Part shown: positions 49,759 through 63,046 of the stretch, piece after piece
Position numbering within the stretch: position 1 is the first letter of the stretch
Layout of the letters: each line of letters opens with the position of its first letter
Assembly (NCBI RefSeq): GCF_963853765.1
Contig: NC_088857.1
Coordinates: 13,144,001 to 13,208,000, forward strand
Direction: 5' to 3'
From: Magallana gigas
Taxonomy: Eukaryota
Length of the DNA stretch: 64,000 nt
Position numbers and translations under genes: made by a program
The notes under the pieces: model-generated
What the model was told of the DNA's origin: nothing
Seen by the model: the letters and a program-made list of their open reading frames with translations, nothing else
Database searches by the model: none

Positions 49759-50740
49759 TCAAGTTCAAGTTCAAGTTCATTTATTCGCTCAAAACCATTT
49801 CAAACATATGATACATGAGGACAAAAATAACATTAAAATATACATATAAATTGATCAGAGGTAAACAATTATATTAATATAAAGGTTATAGAGTTAGGAA
49901 AAGTTATACAAAGTGAAACTCATGGAGGACAGACTACCTCGTATATCTTTGTTATGAAAATACACAATTTTCTCAGCAATTTCAGGTTACATGTTGTCAT
50001 AAGATACGAAAATTTTAACACATTAGGTCTATCTGAAAATTTTTTGTCTATAAACTTGTTCCGGACTTGTGATATTGCATCACATTCTAAAATATAATGA
50101 AATTCATCGGCTATACGTTTTGTATTACAGAGAGGACAAAATCTTTCATTTAATGGGATACCCTCCCATCTTCCCAGTTCAACTGGTAGATGGTGATTTG
50201 AAGTACGAAATTTACCTAGAATTTTTCTGAATTTCAGGGGTAAAATATCTAAATATTTTTCATATCCAAAATTTGTTTTAAAAATTTTATATATTACTCC
50301 TTTTGATGAATTATTTATATCAGCATGCCACTTTTGAATAAATTGATCTTGTAATCTCTGTTTAACTGCCGTTGAAACCCATTTTTGATTAACAATATTT
50401 AAAAACTGACTATGCCAAACATTTGATAAACCACATGAGTTAAAAACATGACGAATACAATCAATCCAAGGGTTAGTACTGGTTGTATTTTCAGTCTGAT
50501 TCAACAAGTACCGGTATAATATATTTGTAATGCTAGTATTAGTACTAGAAATTAATTTACACCAGTATGATATCATTCTAGTAAATACAATTACAGATAA
50601 AGGAAAACGACCTGTTTCTCCGTAAACCATATAGTTTGGAGTACTACTTTTTAAACATAAAATGTGCTTTAAAAACTTTAGGTGAACACGTTCAATACTA
50701 TCAAGTTTTTCAAAACCCCATGCTTCGCAACCATACAGCA
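49759..50740 (-). mobile_element. 5'-truncated non-LTR retrotransposon (CR1/L2 group), ORF2 C-terminus plus 3' UTR
   Basis: LLYGCEAWG...YGETGRFPL...FRTSNHHLPVELGRW...RFCPLC...DEFHYILEC. AATAAA is followed by a (TGAACT)n tail; possible TSD ATTGG at 49754-49758 and 50741-50745. Confidence 0.92.
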
Positions 50741-51112
50741 ATTGGCATTTTTCGGGTGAGCGATGTGGCACATGTGCCTCAAAGTGGTATTTTGTCCAAT
50801 TGGAAATCCTCGGTTGTATTTCTGCTCAACAATTCATTGAGCAAGACATCCATGAGCAAGAGTTCCTATGGAATATCTGTTTTAGTGCCGTCATGAGATG
50901 TTTTAGCTCGCCATCTTCTTCAATGACAAACCCCAGTAAGGTCTTTGTCTGTAAGATCAGCAACATTTGATTTTAATTCTTTTTTCCCGAGCGTTTGACA
51001 AGGAAACATCTTTTTATTGCCTTCGCTTCATTGTGAACGGAGATTTATCTTCTTCCTCTCTAGTGATATTATTGAATACAATTCAATTTGTGAATTAAAA
51101 TTGTATTTTCCT

Positions 51113-51441
51113 TTAAGGTGGAATAACACACCTGGAAAAAGTCACTCAAATTAACTGTAAATTATTTGATTATGAAAGATTTAATGATAAATAAACTATA
51201 CATGTGTCAGATAAGCGAAAAATTTGCAAATTGGGGTTAAAAAATGAATATCTAAAAAAATCAATTCAGTAAGTAACAACAAAAGCCCTGCGGGATTCGA
51301 ACTCAGTATCTACGGATCACAAGCCCAACACTTTATCCACTTGGCTATGAGGTAATTAATGTTACCGTCGATAATATCCTTTTAATAAAACAAAATGTTG
51401 TTTCGATCAGAGGTCAGCCATATTATGTTATTCCACCTTAA
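51113..51441. mobile_element. TTAA-flanked MITE (Kolobok-like) with tRNA-like cassette (51285-51352, minus)
   Basis: TTAA-GGTGGAATAACA...TGTTATTCCACC-TTAA; A box TAGCCAAGTGG and B box GAGTTCGAATCCC. Confidence 0.88.
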
Positions 51442-52721
51442 CAATACCTGATCCGAAATATGATTACGTCGACATGCTGTCAACTTTATAGTTTATTAGA
51501 CGTTTCAAGTTTATCCGGTATACTTATCTGCATCTTTTGTATCAAAGAAATCACAGTTTGGCAGCATTCATAACTAGTTTTAAATACTTTAACTTGGATA
51601 TGATGTGTCACAGGTTATGTTACAGCTTTGTGAATTAAAATACATGTATACCAGAAGCGCCGTCTTATAATAATCTTAAAATTGTGTGTCAGGTCAAATC
51701 TCAATTTCGCAGCCACGTGCTTGTAAAATAGACGCCTCCTTATCGAAGATTTGAACATCATATATACTCTAAAATTAACGGAATGAATCTGAATAGGAGA
51801 GATCGACTATAGGGGTTGTAAAATGAAGCCAATTCTATAGATCATCCGTGGTACCAAATCAGACAGGTCTGTCCGTTTGATAAGAACGATTATATATAGC
51901 AAGACTTATTACTAAGGACAATGACTATGAGAAAAAAACCAATTAAACCAAAAGAAAATCATTAGTGTTTTAGTTGCACTGAAGTTCTAGAAAAAGCCAT
52001 CTTTCTCTGTCTACCAGGATATTTCTTCCTTTATTCTGTCAAGAACTCGCCCACTGTTGGTATCATAAATAACATTAAATATTCTTGATTGATCGCAATA
52101 TTTTTTCCTTTTAATGACGACAACCGCCGGTGCCAATTTATTTTGCCCATATAGCTGTTAAACAATCTGGATCCAGCTATTGTGACACTGGCGTTTGCAA
52201 TTTGAAGAACCACGTTTTGATTACAAATTCTGTCGAAACATCTCTAATATGGTTCGAACCTCTGATATTTTTCTGACCCACCACTAGGCCTATACCTGAA
52301 TACCCATTCAATCTTTCCTTTCAGATATCGTGTGTCTTACGGATTCAAACGCGCGCTGCAAATAGATGATCGCGACATCAAAATTGTCTTGACTTATTAA
52401 CGTTTTCTTCTTAGATATACATATAGCAAGCTTTTGGGGCAAATCAGAAACTGTAGAACTGGGTTTTGTTTGATACGTGAATTGTAACGTGGTGATTGCC
52501 TGATAGACTGTAAAAGGGTCGTTATCATAGCAAATAATCGACGTTAAGAGCGATATACATTAAGTCATCAAAAAGGCGTTTTGTGTGAAAACAAGCCATT
52601 GATAACGGCAAAGAAGCCGGGAATTAAAGTATACAGATAGTGGATTACACACGAAATCCACTTCCTCTCTTTGTGAGCATCAGAGACGAATTGTTGGTCG
52701 ACCGAAGTTTTTTGTCTAGAG

Positions 52722-54045
52722 TTATTAGGTCTTTCCACCTTTCAGGTGAAAGACCTCTTGTTTTCTTTATGTTTTTTCTTCTTCTTCTTCTTCTTTTTTT
52801 CTATTTAGCTCTGGGTGACTTTTTTATTATTAGAGATATCCAAACAATTTAAACTTTATGTAAATGCTCATTAAAAGTTATGGTACCAATTGACCCTGTG
52901 TCAAAGAACTCCCAGAACTTTCAGAGTTGTTGCCCTTTGAGAAGGAAATGCTTGTTATCGCTACTCCTCTGAAACCATAAGAGATAGAGATTTGGAACTT
53001 TTACCAATGTCTTCATTACACTTAGAGGGTTCTTCAATTTATTCATACCAAAAGGATCTGAGGCCCCCTTGTAGTAGTTATTGCCCCTGAAAGTATCTAA
53101 ATTTCCATAAAATCACTTCCAACTTTTTTATTATTTATCATAGAGACTTCGGACCACTTGGGATGGAAGGGTCTACCTTGGCCGAACAAAATGACAAAAA
53201 GGTCAAAGGTCAAGGTAATTTGAGAAGCTGTTAATTAATGAGTTTTTATATCTCTTTTGTTTAGGGTGGTAGAGAAAAACTTTTTTATGGATGTAGTAGG
53301 ACATCTTAAGCCATTTTAAAATATAGCCACTTGGCTCATACCTTTGAATAATTACAAAGTTATAGCCCCTTTTGTACGAAATGCTTGTTATCGCTACTCC
53401 TTTGAAACCATTAGAGATAGAGATATGGAACTTTTACCATTGTCTTCAGTACACTTAGAGGGTTCTTCAATCTATTCATACCGAACGGATCTGAGCCCCT
53501 CTTATAGCAGTTATTGCCCCTGAAAGTATTGAAACTTCGATAAAATCACTTCCAACTTTTTTACTATATATCATAGAGAGTTCGGACCACTTAGAATAGA
53601 AGCGTCTACCTTGGCCGAACAAAATGACATAAAGGTCAAAGGTCAATGTAATTTAGAAGTCTGTTAATTAATGAATGTTCATATCATTTGAATTACAGAA
53701 TTATAGTAAGGGTTTCAATAGCTTGCCGGATTGCGCAATAAGGTATTCAATTGAGTCAGCCAGGTATCACATCAAGTCCTATAGTTACTCAAGTGGAACT
53801 TGTTTTTACAGTCAACCCATTCATTTTGTACAAAGACAGCTAGCCTCCAGAACACTCTCTTCTATTGTTAGGTTTACTGTTTATATGATTGTGTAAAAAT
53901 CATTTATCATTTCATGGCTTTGTGGTTTTCCCATTTTATAGTACAACATGAATCATAGGTATAATAATTTTTTGTATACCTTTTTGAGCAATCTAGCAAT
54001 TCATTAAATATATTAAGGACTTAGGTGGAAAGACCTCTAATTGTT
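52722..54045. mobile_element. Helentron-type element with two ~433-bp internal repeats
   Basis: Hairpin AGGTCTTTCCACCT-ttc-AGGTGAAAGACCT (52727-52756), (CTT)n, repeat units starting at 52946 and 53379, and distal inverted GGTGGAAAGACCT near 54024-54036. Confidence 0.85.
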
Positions 54046-57000
54046 CGAGAACAATTAGCCTACTAGTTCTTTTATCTTTACGTAGAAAAACATTAAAAAG
54101 TACGTGTAAGAGTTTGGCGCTATTCATGTTGTTCTTCGTACGACTCAGTACTACGGTACCGCGTGATTTTGTGGAACATTTTTAGTACATTTTATTTATT
54201 CGGGGGCCTGAATACACTGACAATAGAATGCAAAAGTGCAACTTGCTTGTTGAAGTAAGTAACTAGTTAAGCTATAGAGTGATAACGCACATCCCTTTGA
54301 TTTTCAACCAATCTCCTAAACGTACTATGGAGATTATTTTTTTCCCCAGTCATTGATATCTGTTGTGTAATGGAACCGATCAGTTAGGAAGATAATAAAG
54401 TGTAAAGTCGATTGATAAAAGTGTATGATAATACTTATATTTGATATTAAAGTCTTTAGCCGAGAGCGTAGCGTAAACTCTGCTTCAAAACATCACAACT
54501 CGCACTTCATGTCTGATATTTCATGATCAAGTCATGATCAAGTTATCCCAATTTCAAGCAATTTGTGAAGAATTTTTATTTGCTTCAAAAAAGAAATCAA
54601 TTTTTACACATAGCATTTGTGTTAGGTTTTTTTGTACAATTTTTTTTGTACTATGGAATTTTATCCACTTTATTTCATACATGCCGACAATATTCTATAC
54701 TCTGCTTAAATGAACTTGAAAGCTTCCATATAGCTCCTAAATACGAGTAAAATCATTTAAAATGTCAATGTTAACATCATTGAAATGTATTAAGTAAATT
54801 ACGATAAAAATTCTGACATGAAAAATTGTAGCCTGCATTGCTTTCTGTTTGCATACATTGATGTTTGTGACAGAATTCGGTGAAAAACTGCATGTATTTT
54901 TTGTGCAATTCACTACTTTCATTTCAGAAATAAATTGTCTCTGTGATAATGAGTTTGTAAAGCACATTCAAGTTGAAAATATCTGTACCACTACAATAAA
55001 ACAGAGCTAATATTAAAACATAGTATGAAGATTCATCTTATTCCAATAGCGTTCGAATAGATTGAACAGGTGGCTTTTAAGTGCCTCAGCAAACTTAAGT
55101 ACTCTAGTTTTGTAAAAAGGGTCATTATTGTCTGCGAGTATGCTGTTGTTTAAGTTATGTATGAAAGCATTCACGTTTCTTTTGAATGGTGCCATAAACA
55201 TAATGGCATTATTAAATATATATTTATTTTTAAAAAAGTAAAGTTGGATTTTTACATCCGGTTCAATCTTTCCAATTGTTCACCTTTTCCATTCCTACAT
55301 GTCGTCGTCTGCTAGTTTATGACGTCATTGTAATATGTCATTTTGAGGAAAACTTCGCTATCAATTCATCATCTCTCCTTTCTGATAAAAATTTATACTC
55401 CATTTGTTTTAATTACAGTGATTGAGGTCCCTTTTCCCCACAGTGGTCGGTCTGCGCTGGACATTAATCAGTGATTGTCCGGCACCGTTACTTTATCGTC
55501 GTAATTAACCTTATTTATCTGGACACCTGCTCTGTTACACAACCAAGAATTGTCGCCAAGTGAACACAGTGCGAGGTCTTTTTGAATCAGGTAAGAAAAA
55601 AATATTTCAATTTTTACTTGTATACTACTTATATATATCTCTGGAAAATGAGGATTTTATCCTATTTTATGCATGTTTACCACAGAAGTTTGTCCTTAAT
55701 TTATCTAATTGGCTCAGACACAAAGCAAGTTGTTTTGATATTATTCATTTCCATCGAAGAAAAACTGTTTCTGTTTTTTTCATCAGACAATGCTTTTGCG
55801 TCAAGTTATTAACTTATTAATGCATGCTTTGTAACATCTGCAAAGACATTTTTATGAACCAAATCCAACATATTTCTCCGAGATGTATTTATAATTGACA
55901 GTTTGCAGGGAGTCTGATCCTATTGTTTAGTAAAATTAACCCTTCTTGTATAAAAGATAACAATAGCTGCTCCATATTTGCATTTTTATTGAATAAAAAA
56001 GAACCATATTCTATTAGACAAACGTTGGGCTATGCAAGACGCATTTCCCCTTTGGAAGTCGTAAAACGTCGAGATTGTTACATATGGTTCCGGCTCTCCG
56101 GTGAATTGCTCTGTAAACGCACACCACTACAGATAAAAGGAATCTATGCAGCAAAAACTATTTCAATCTACGCTTCCGTATTGTATAATACTTAGAAATT
56201 ATATCAAGCAGGTGCTTGTGATTCTTGACCTTAAATGTTACCACTCGTTGACATAATTCATAGTGTCTCTTTATTGTACGGATTATTGCACTCTTCTACA
56301 CAAGTTATGTGATTTTGTCCTAAATAGCTCTCACTTTTATACAGCAAATTTGAAAACAAACAGAATTCCTTATCAAGAGTAACGTTCTCCGAAAGAAAAA
56401 CTTTTGATTAACTTTTCCTCTCAAGAATTTAAAACGATGGTGATGAGTAAAAAAAAAAGAAAAATCACTCTGTAAATATAGGTACTGTGAATGGTTAACA
56501 TCATAAAACAGTGAAATCGTCCATCTACTGATATCTTATTTTTAATTAATTAATGACTCACAAACGACTTCAGTATTTCTTTTTAAAGTTCTGCGGTTTA
56601 AGACAAAGGTAAAACCTACATACAGACCTGCAAGGTCCTGTAAATGACGGAGAGGTTGGAGCGACAGATGAATTAATTGACAGTTAGATGGGTAGAACCT
56701 GACCCACCTGTCGTCTTTTTTAAATCCTTTGAGAGAGGAATGGAATAAGTCAGGTTGCAGGAATGGAATAAGTCAGAGTGTAGTGAGCGCTGGGGTTAGG
56801 GTTTTTTTTTCAGCGATTGACGTTTTTTTTAAATCAGTGATTTTGATACAGATAGGGAACAGTTATTGACTTTGCGAAGTAAGATACGGACAGTGTGCCT
56901 TATTGGCAATACGCTATTGTTCAAAATGATTCAGTCATGACAAGGATATGCATGTACCTGTATATAAAGCAATGCAACAGTCTGTATTGTGACAAACAAT

Positions 57001-60000
57001 CCTAACACTGGTTTTGATTTCCTTTAAAGTATGCATCCACGTGACTTACTTATACATAAGATTATCTGATCACATCATATCAATATTAGCAGCACGAAAA
57101 AGACAACGGACGTGTTCGATAAACGGAATAGGAGCATGTTAGAAGGAAAAAACAGATTATGGACAGATTCTATTTCAGTTATTGATGATGTACTAAATAA
57201 TCTATAAAGAAGCACGACTCAGGCAGGTTTTTTTGGAGGCGCTAGTATTGCAATCAATTCAATGGTTTTACTTGTTTCTTCTACTTTTAAACAAAGAAAT
57301 TTACACACAGGTTTAACATGCATATTGAATATTTTATGATGAACACATCCGGCGATTAGATGGAGAATATTTTTTTAAAATCTTAATGCGAACATATACA
57401 GACATATTTTTGTAAATAATAAAAAAACCCAGCTATGACGGTTCACAATTGTAGTCCGGTAAATGTATACCAAGAGTAAATGGCTGTCTCATTAGGTCTC
57501 AAGGACTGTTAATGAACAGAGTCAATTTCAGTACAAGTCCTCATAAGTTAACATTTCCAAAGTAATTTAGGAATGTTGTGTAAATATTTTGCTGAAGAAA
57601 TTACAATCCTAATTTCATTCCTTCACTTAGCTGCACTTATTTACAATTAATGACGTAAAAAATGTTGCAGTTTCTGCGGTCATTGACACATTTTGTTCGA
57701 ACTAAAAAATTAGCAAGTCAATGCTTTTATCAAAAAAGCTTACACTTCATTATTTTTATAGATCATACATTTTATTCGAATGCGCAATTTATAGCCCTTC
57801 AAACTTACAGTACTTTGTAAAGTTGAAGCATTTTGAAGAAAATGATATAAAGAATTAAAAAAACAACAACAAAAGTACCTAATACACTCTCCTTGTGAAT
57901 GTGTTAGGGCTAAAATAGAGGAAAATCACAACATTAACAAACTGTAGCATTTTTATTCTGGTGTTTCGTTCGTACATGCATTGATTTCCTATATGCCTTA
58001 CCCATATAATAACAACCCTATCATTAGGCGTGTTTTTCTACAGTTATGAAGTGGTTGATATATGCTGACATCATTGTAAAGATTTTGATCCCGAATTAAT
58101 GCTTCAAATACTCCAATTTATTTTCTGGTTTCCTACTCAGGGGCTATATCAACAAATGTCTATGAGGGTATTTTTAAAGCTAAGTAGAAAACAACAACTG
58201 TATTTTTGCACGTCAAAGAATTTCAGGCGAGATTGAAGTTTAGATTCTTCACAGCGAAGTTCACGAAAAGCTGTAGCTTCTTGTTTTCTGTTTTTATTTC
58301 TTGTTTGGTTTTTCCCTCAACAAAAACGAAGTCAAAAGAGGGTCAGTGGAGATATTTCAATTTGGTTCAGGAAATAGGAGCCATTAGATATCTTCTGGAG
58401 ATAGAGCGTCTATAATAGATACAGTTATCGGTAAGCAGATTTAGGAATTTTGTGACGTAATATAACATTTTTTTTTTAAAGATTAAATGGACACATTTTT
58501 TTTTAACTTTACTGTCAGTTTATTCACTTAAATTTATGCACCGTTGCTTTAATGCCTAATTTTGTTAGTTGAAGAACTATTATACCATATCCTAGCTCCA
58601 TAAATTCATATCATTCGAAGCAATATTGCTGAAAATTGATGAAAGTGATGGAAGCTTCGATGCAGTAACGGCGCTAATTATCCTGTAGGATTCAATTTTC
58701 TTGTGAAAGTGTATAGCCAAAGCCATTTCTGGGGTTGACTTGACGATTGTTGATGTAAATCCGGATCTTATGATTTGTTAATTTGGTTTTACTTTTAGCT
58801 TACCTCAAAACTGCATTAAGGTTAATCCACCATTTCTGTTTGTAATTACTGTTAAAAGGGGTACCGGTTTGTCTTGGTATATTTTGGTTTTTTAATCATC
58901 CCAAAAATCATCATTTAGGTACTTTTAAGACTTTCATATCTTAAAGCAAGTTATTTTATAAAATTGACACTCAATTTGAACAATTCAAATTTACAGGTTG
59001 GGTGTTTTTACAAAATTTGAAACATTGCAACTTTGTATTTACACCCACACTGTAAATTTAAAACATACAATTAGGCACAATGTTAAGAAACGTGAAGGTA
59101 AAGCACAAAATATCTCCATCAAACGGAATTGCATTTCTACTTGAGTTTGTTCTTGTATTGTGTTTTATGTTTCTTTAAATACATTTCATGCCGTTCTCAC
59201 TAGCATTATCAGAGACACTATTTTTGGCCCTGAAGCAAACCGAACGCACTTTACCTATTATAAGTGTTATGTAATGACTCCTAATGAAAATGAGACTCGA
59301 ACAAAGAACATCACACAATCTTTGTCAAAAAAAAAACCCACTGTTAACCATGTATCAAAGTCTAATAATGGTGATAGCTGCAGTATTGCCAATACCCCGG
59401 GACTGACCATTCACGTAATGTGTGAGTAATCAGCGATGCTATTGTTGTTCATACAGTTGTTGTCAATATAGGGTCCATCACCTTCCTTTGTAAACGTTCA
59501 CACAATCGAGACTAGCACAAAAAGGGCAAATTTCTATATTCGTTATTTATTGAGATATAACATAAAATAAATCTAACTTAGTGAGTCAGAACGTTTTTTC
59601 AACAATAATCTACATGTATGTACCTCATAAATGAGGATGGTGTAGAAAATAAGGGGAGCAGGGTTTATTCTATATCTTAAACAGCGAAACTATGTCTATA
59701 TGATTTGTTCCGTACGTAGCATACTGGATTTATCAATTAATTGTGCAAAGTGGAACAGAATCTTTGTCTATGACTGTTTTAAAGCGTTTTCATAACAACG
59801 CCAGCAGCTTTTAAAACGGCAGTCGTGGTACATGTAAGTTGATTTTGAACATATTTTTTTTTAACAAAGCAGCAGTTCATGCTTCTTCGATAAATTTATT
59901 AATTCATAGTCAAAAATCAAAACAAGAAAGAAACAAAATAAGTAGAATACAAAATCCGAGTGATATTATTATTTTTTTTAAAGTATATTTTTTTGGAGTG

Positions 60001-63000
60001 AAACCGCTTGTGATTTTTATCGGAAAAAAACTGCATTTGTCTATATTTACGAAAATTGCGAAGAAATTGTTCCGTCAGCTGGAGTAGAGCTATAGAGACC
60101 AGGAGCGTGATTAAACCATATCCTCCTCCGAGTGGAATGTCAACACAGCTATTTTAGTCCAAAATAACCCGGAGCGACTTTGAATCAACACTCTAGAGTT
60201 AACGGGATTACCATCCTTCGGGATACGGGGAAAATGGTTTTAAACAATGAGTGATTGACGAGGTCTCCGTGACATATCGGAAACTATTGCATGCCGATGA
60301 AAATAGTGTAGGATTTTTTATATACTAGTATATAGCTGTAGTGTATAGATACCCATCTCAACCTTTCCGGATATTCTGCTAGGCTTTAAGCAGTGGATTT
60401 TTTTTGTAACAAAGGGTAAAGCTCTTTTATTCAGTCAACTAAATGTTAATTGAAAGACTGAATGGCAGCTAAAGTTATTTTTGCGGTGATCTATTTTTCG
60501 CGTTTTTCGCGATCGCTTTTAAATCCAATACAGGTACGGAAGAATTACATCTGGTATATTGTTTGCTGAAGATACTTTTTAAATCGCTAAAATAACAAGC
60601 GCAATTAAAAAAAACACGTTTCCCCATTTTTATTTTTAATAAAAAATCGTGACACCTGAAAAAAAAAAACCGGAAGTACGGTACATTTTGTCACCTTTTA
60701 GCGATCGTTCAGTCACCTTTCAGTTGACCGACGGTAGAACGTTATCCTGTTTCAAAAGTACTTTAGTCGAGTTTCATGTTCTTAATACGTTGATTTAACT
60801 TATTTTTTAGAGTTATATTTACAACCATACAGAAGGAAACAAGAAGAAGAAAAAATACAGAGCTTCAGTTTCTGGCAGTTTTATACCCTCAGTGTTTGTA
60901 AAATGAAGAGGTAAAAGGATTTTATTAAAAAATTTCTTGAAAGAGAGACACATTTTCAATAGTTTTAGCATGTATAAATCTAGAATTTTCATTTTCAAAG
61001 ACACGTTAAAGTTTACACAAACGCATGTTCATTTTTTTTTTATATCTATTCATAAGCATTGAATTATCAAAGTGAATTTAATTTACATCAGCATATAGAT
61101 GTACGTGGCAAAGTAAGGAACCTTAAAAACAATACTAATATAATAAAGCTTATAGACCTAAATACGATAAGTAGATGATATACAATATATCAAACAATAG
61201 AATATTGAACTTAAGTCTTTCATGCACAATATTGCCCGAAATCAAAAGCATGGCGTTCGTTGATAAACGTTTTTGTTTTATATAAGGTTTGGACAGTGGT
61301 GCATTAAAGTTTGATTTTGAAATTATGGTTTATAATATGTTCGAGGTTTCTTAGTTTGTACCATAATGAGTGATTTCTTTTTATTTTAGAAGAAGCTGCT
61401 AACTCTTGACTCTACAGTTTGGCTGTACTTTTTCTATAAACAACCAGAAGTACGTTAATTTTTTTTTCATTAAAAAATATATAACCATAAAAACGATTAG
61501 TTTTCGATATGAAAATATTGAGAACAAACATCAAGACGTATTTTTTACAGTATAATCGGGAATTCTAACTTTCGTACTGCTTAACAGTATGAATTATATA
61601 TTTTTTTAACTTTACCATATAAGGTTACGAAAATGTGATTTCCTTGTAAAATTGGACCTAAGTGTAAGTAGAGGAAATCACATTTACTATAGTACATGAG
61701 CCTTCTCCTCTACTTTGTTTGAATTTTTGTTGGTTTCTCCTGTTTGTAAATCTGTTGCTATGCATCTTAAGGTAAACACTTCCCTTGACTTTGTCTCCCC
61801 TTTGACAGCTTACTCCGAGTAAATCAGTGCCACGGCGAGTGATAGAGAACGACCGAAAGTTTCCTGGTTTTTGTCGTCTTTTCCGCTGTGCTTTGTTATT
61901 TGCCTTAATTGATGAACGTCAATTGTTTGTAAATGTGTTAATGTGCAGTTTTCGTTGTTTTATTTCATCTTGATGCCAGCATTAAGTAGTCTCTGTCATG
62001 CAAGCTTTCTTGTTTCGCCTCATTAAGGTATATTTTACGATGTTCTTGCAATGGATCCTTTGCCACATTCTAAAACGACTTTCTGTATATCAGGATGTTA
62101 TGCTCTTTCTCAAAGCTGATATTCAACTACGGGTTCTTTTAAAAAACCACCTTTGATTCACGGATAAAAGTCACTAGGTATTTATATGAATTTACCTTTC
62201 AAGAACCGTGTGAAAGTTAAGGGAAATCGCGTGTTCAGAAACGAAATCATTGATGTCATAAAAAGGTCGAGAGAGTCTAGTTTTACTATTTTACGCTGCA
62301 GACCTTTGAAGTTAACTTTCACGATACAAATAATTTTAAACATAAACTACAACAGTTAGAGTATATGAAAAGACGAACTTTATGATTAAAAGAGAAATTA
62401 TATATGATACTTGAAAAATGGAAAAAAAAGATTGGTCACTTATGTTAAAAAGGTAGCTTTGATTTTAAAATTGATTTTAAAAGCTCGAAAAAGAATGAAA
62501 AAAGTGTTACTGCTTTAAAAAAAAACCCACAAATAACAACATGTTATTTTTCATTAGGAAGCGCTTGTCTCTATTTCCAATCAGTCCCCTCGCTGTAACC
62601 AGAATTTATGTCGAAAACGAAAGCTAGCTTATCTCCTTTCTGATTGGTTGTTTGCCATAAGACGTTAAGTTTGATCACATGTTTCCGTTTGTCATTTGTC
62701 AAACATGATATATAGAGTCGCACTCACACAGAAATGGTTAAACTTGTGAAAATAAAATAAATAATTTATTGATATCATGCTATTCAAGAAATTTCAGGAC
62801 ATTGATTTTTTTTAATTTGAAAAATTGCTATTTCTGTTTGAATCTAAATCGTATAATTAAGCAAATGGCCTTATCTGATTCGTGAGTACTTTGAAAAAAA
62901 ATTGACTTCCGAATTAGTTATCATATAAAAGTTGATGCAAAAGGGTTTTGATGCTAAGATTTTTTTTATCTGTTATGCTGTCACCGTTAATGAAGTTTTT

Positions 63001-63046
63001 AAAAAGTGAATACATTGTTGTTATTTTTCCGCCTTCTTTTTTGTAG

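Noticed and set aside
60465-60685. Possible TA-type MITE remnant
   Set aside because: Only one end is recognisable.
61805-62000. GC-richer segment resembling a retroelement end
   Set aside because: No ORF, TIR, tail or TSD to support a family call.
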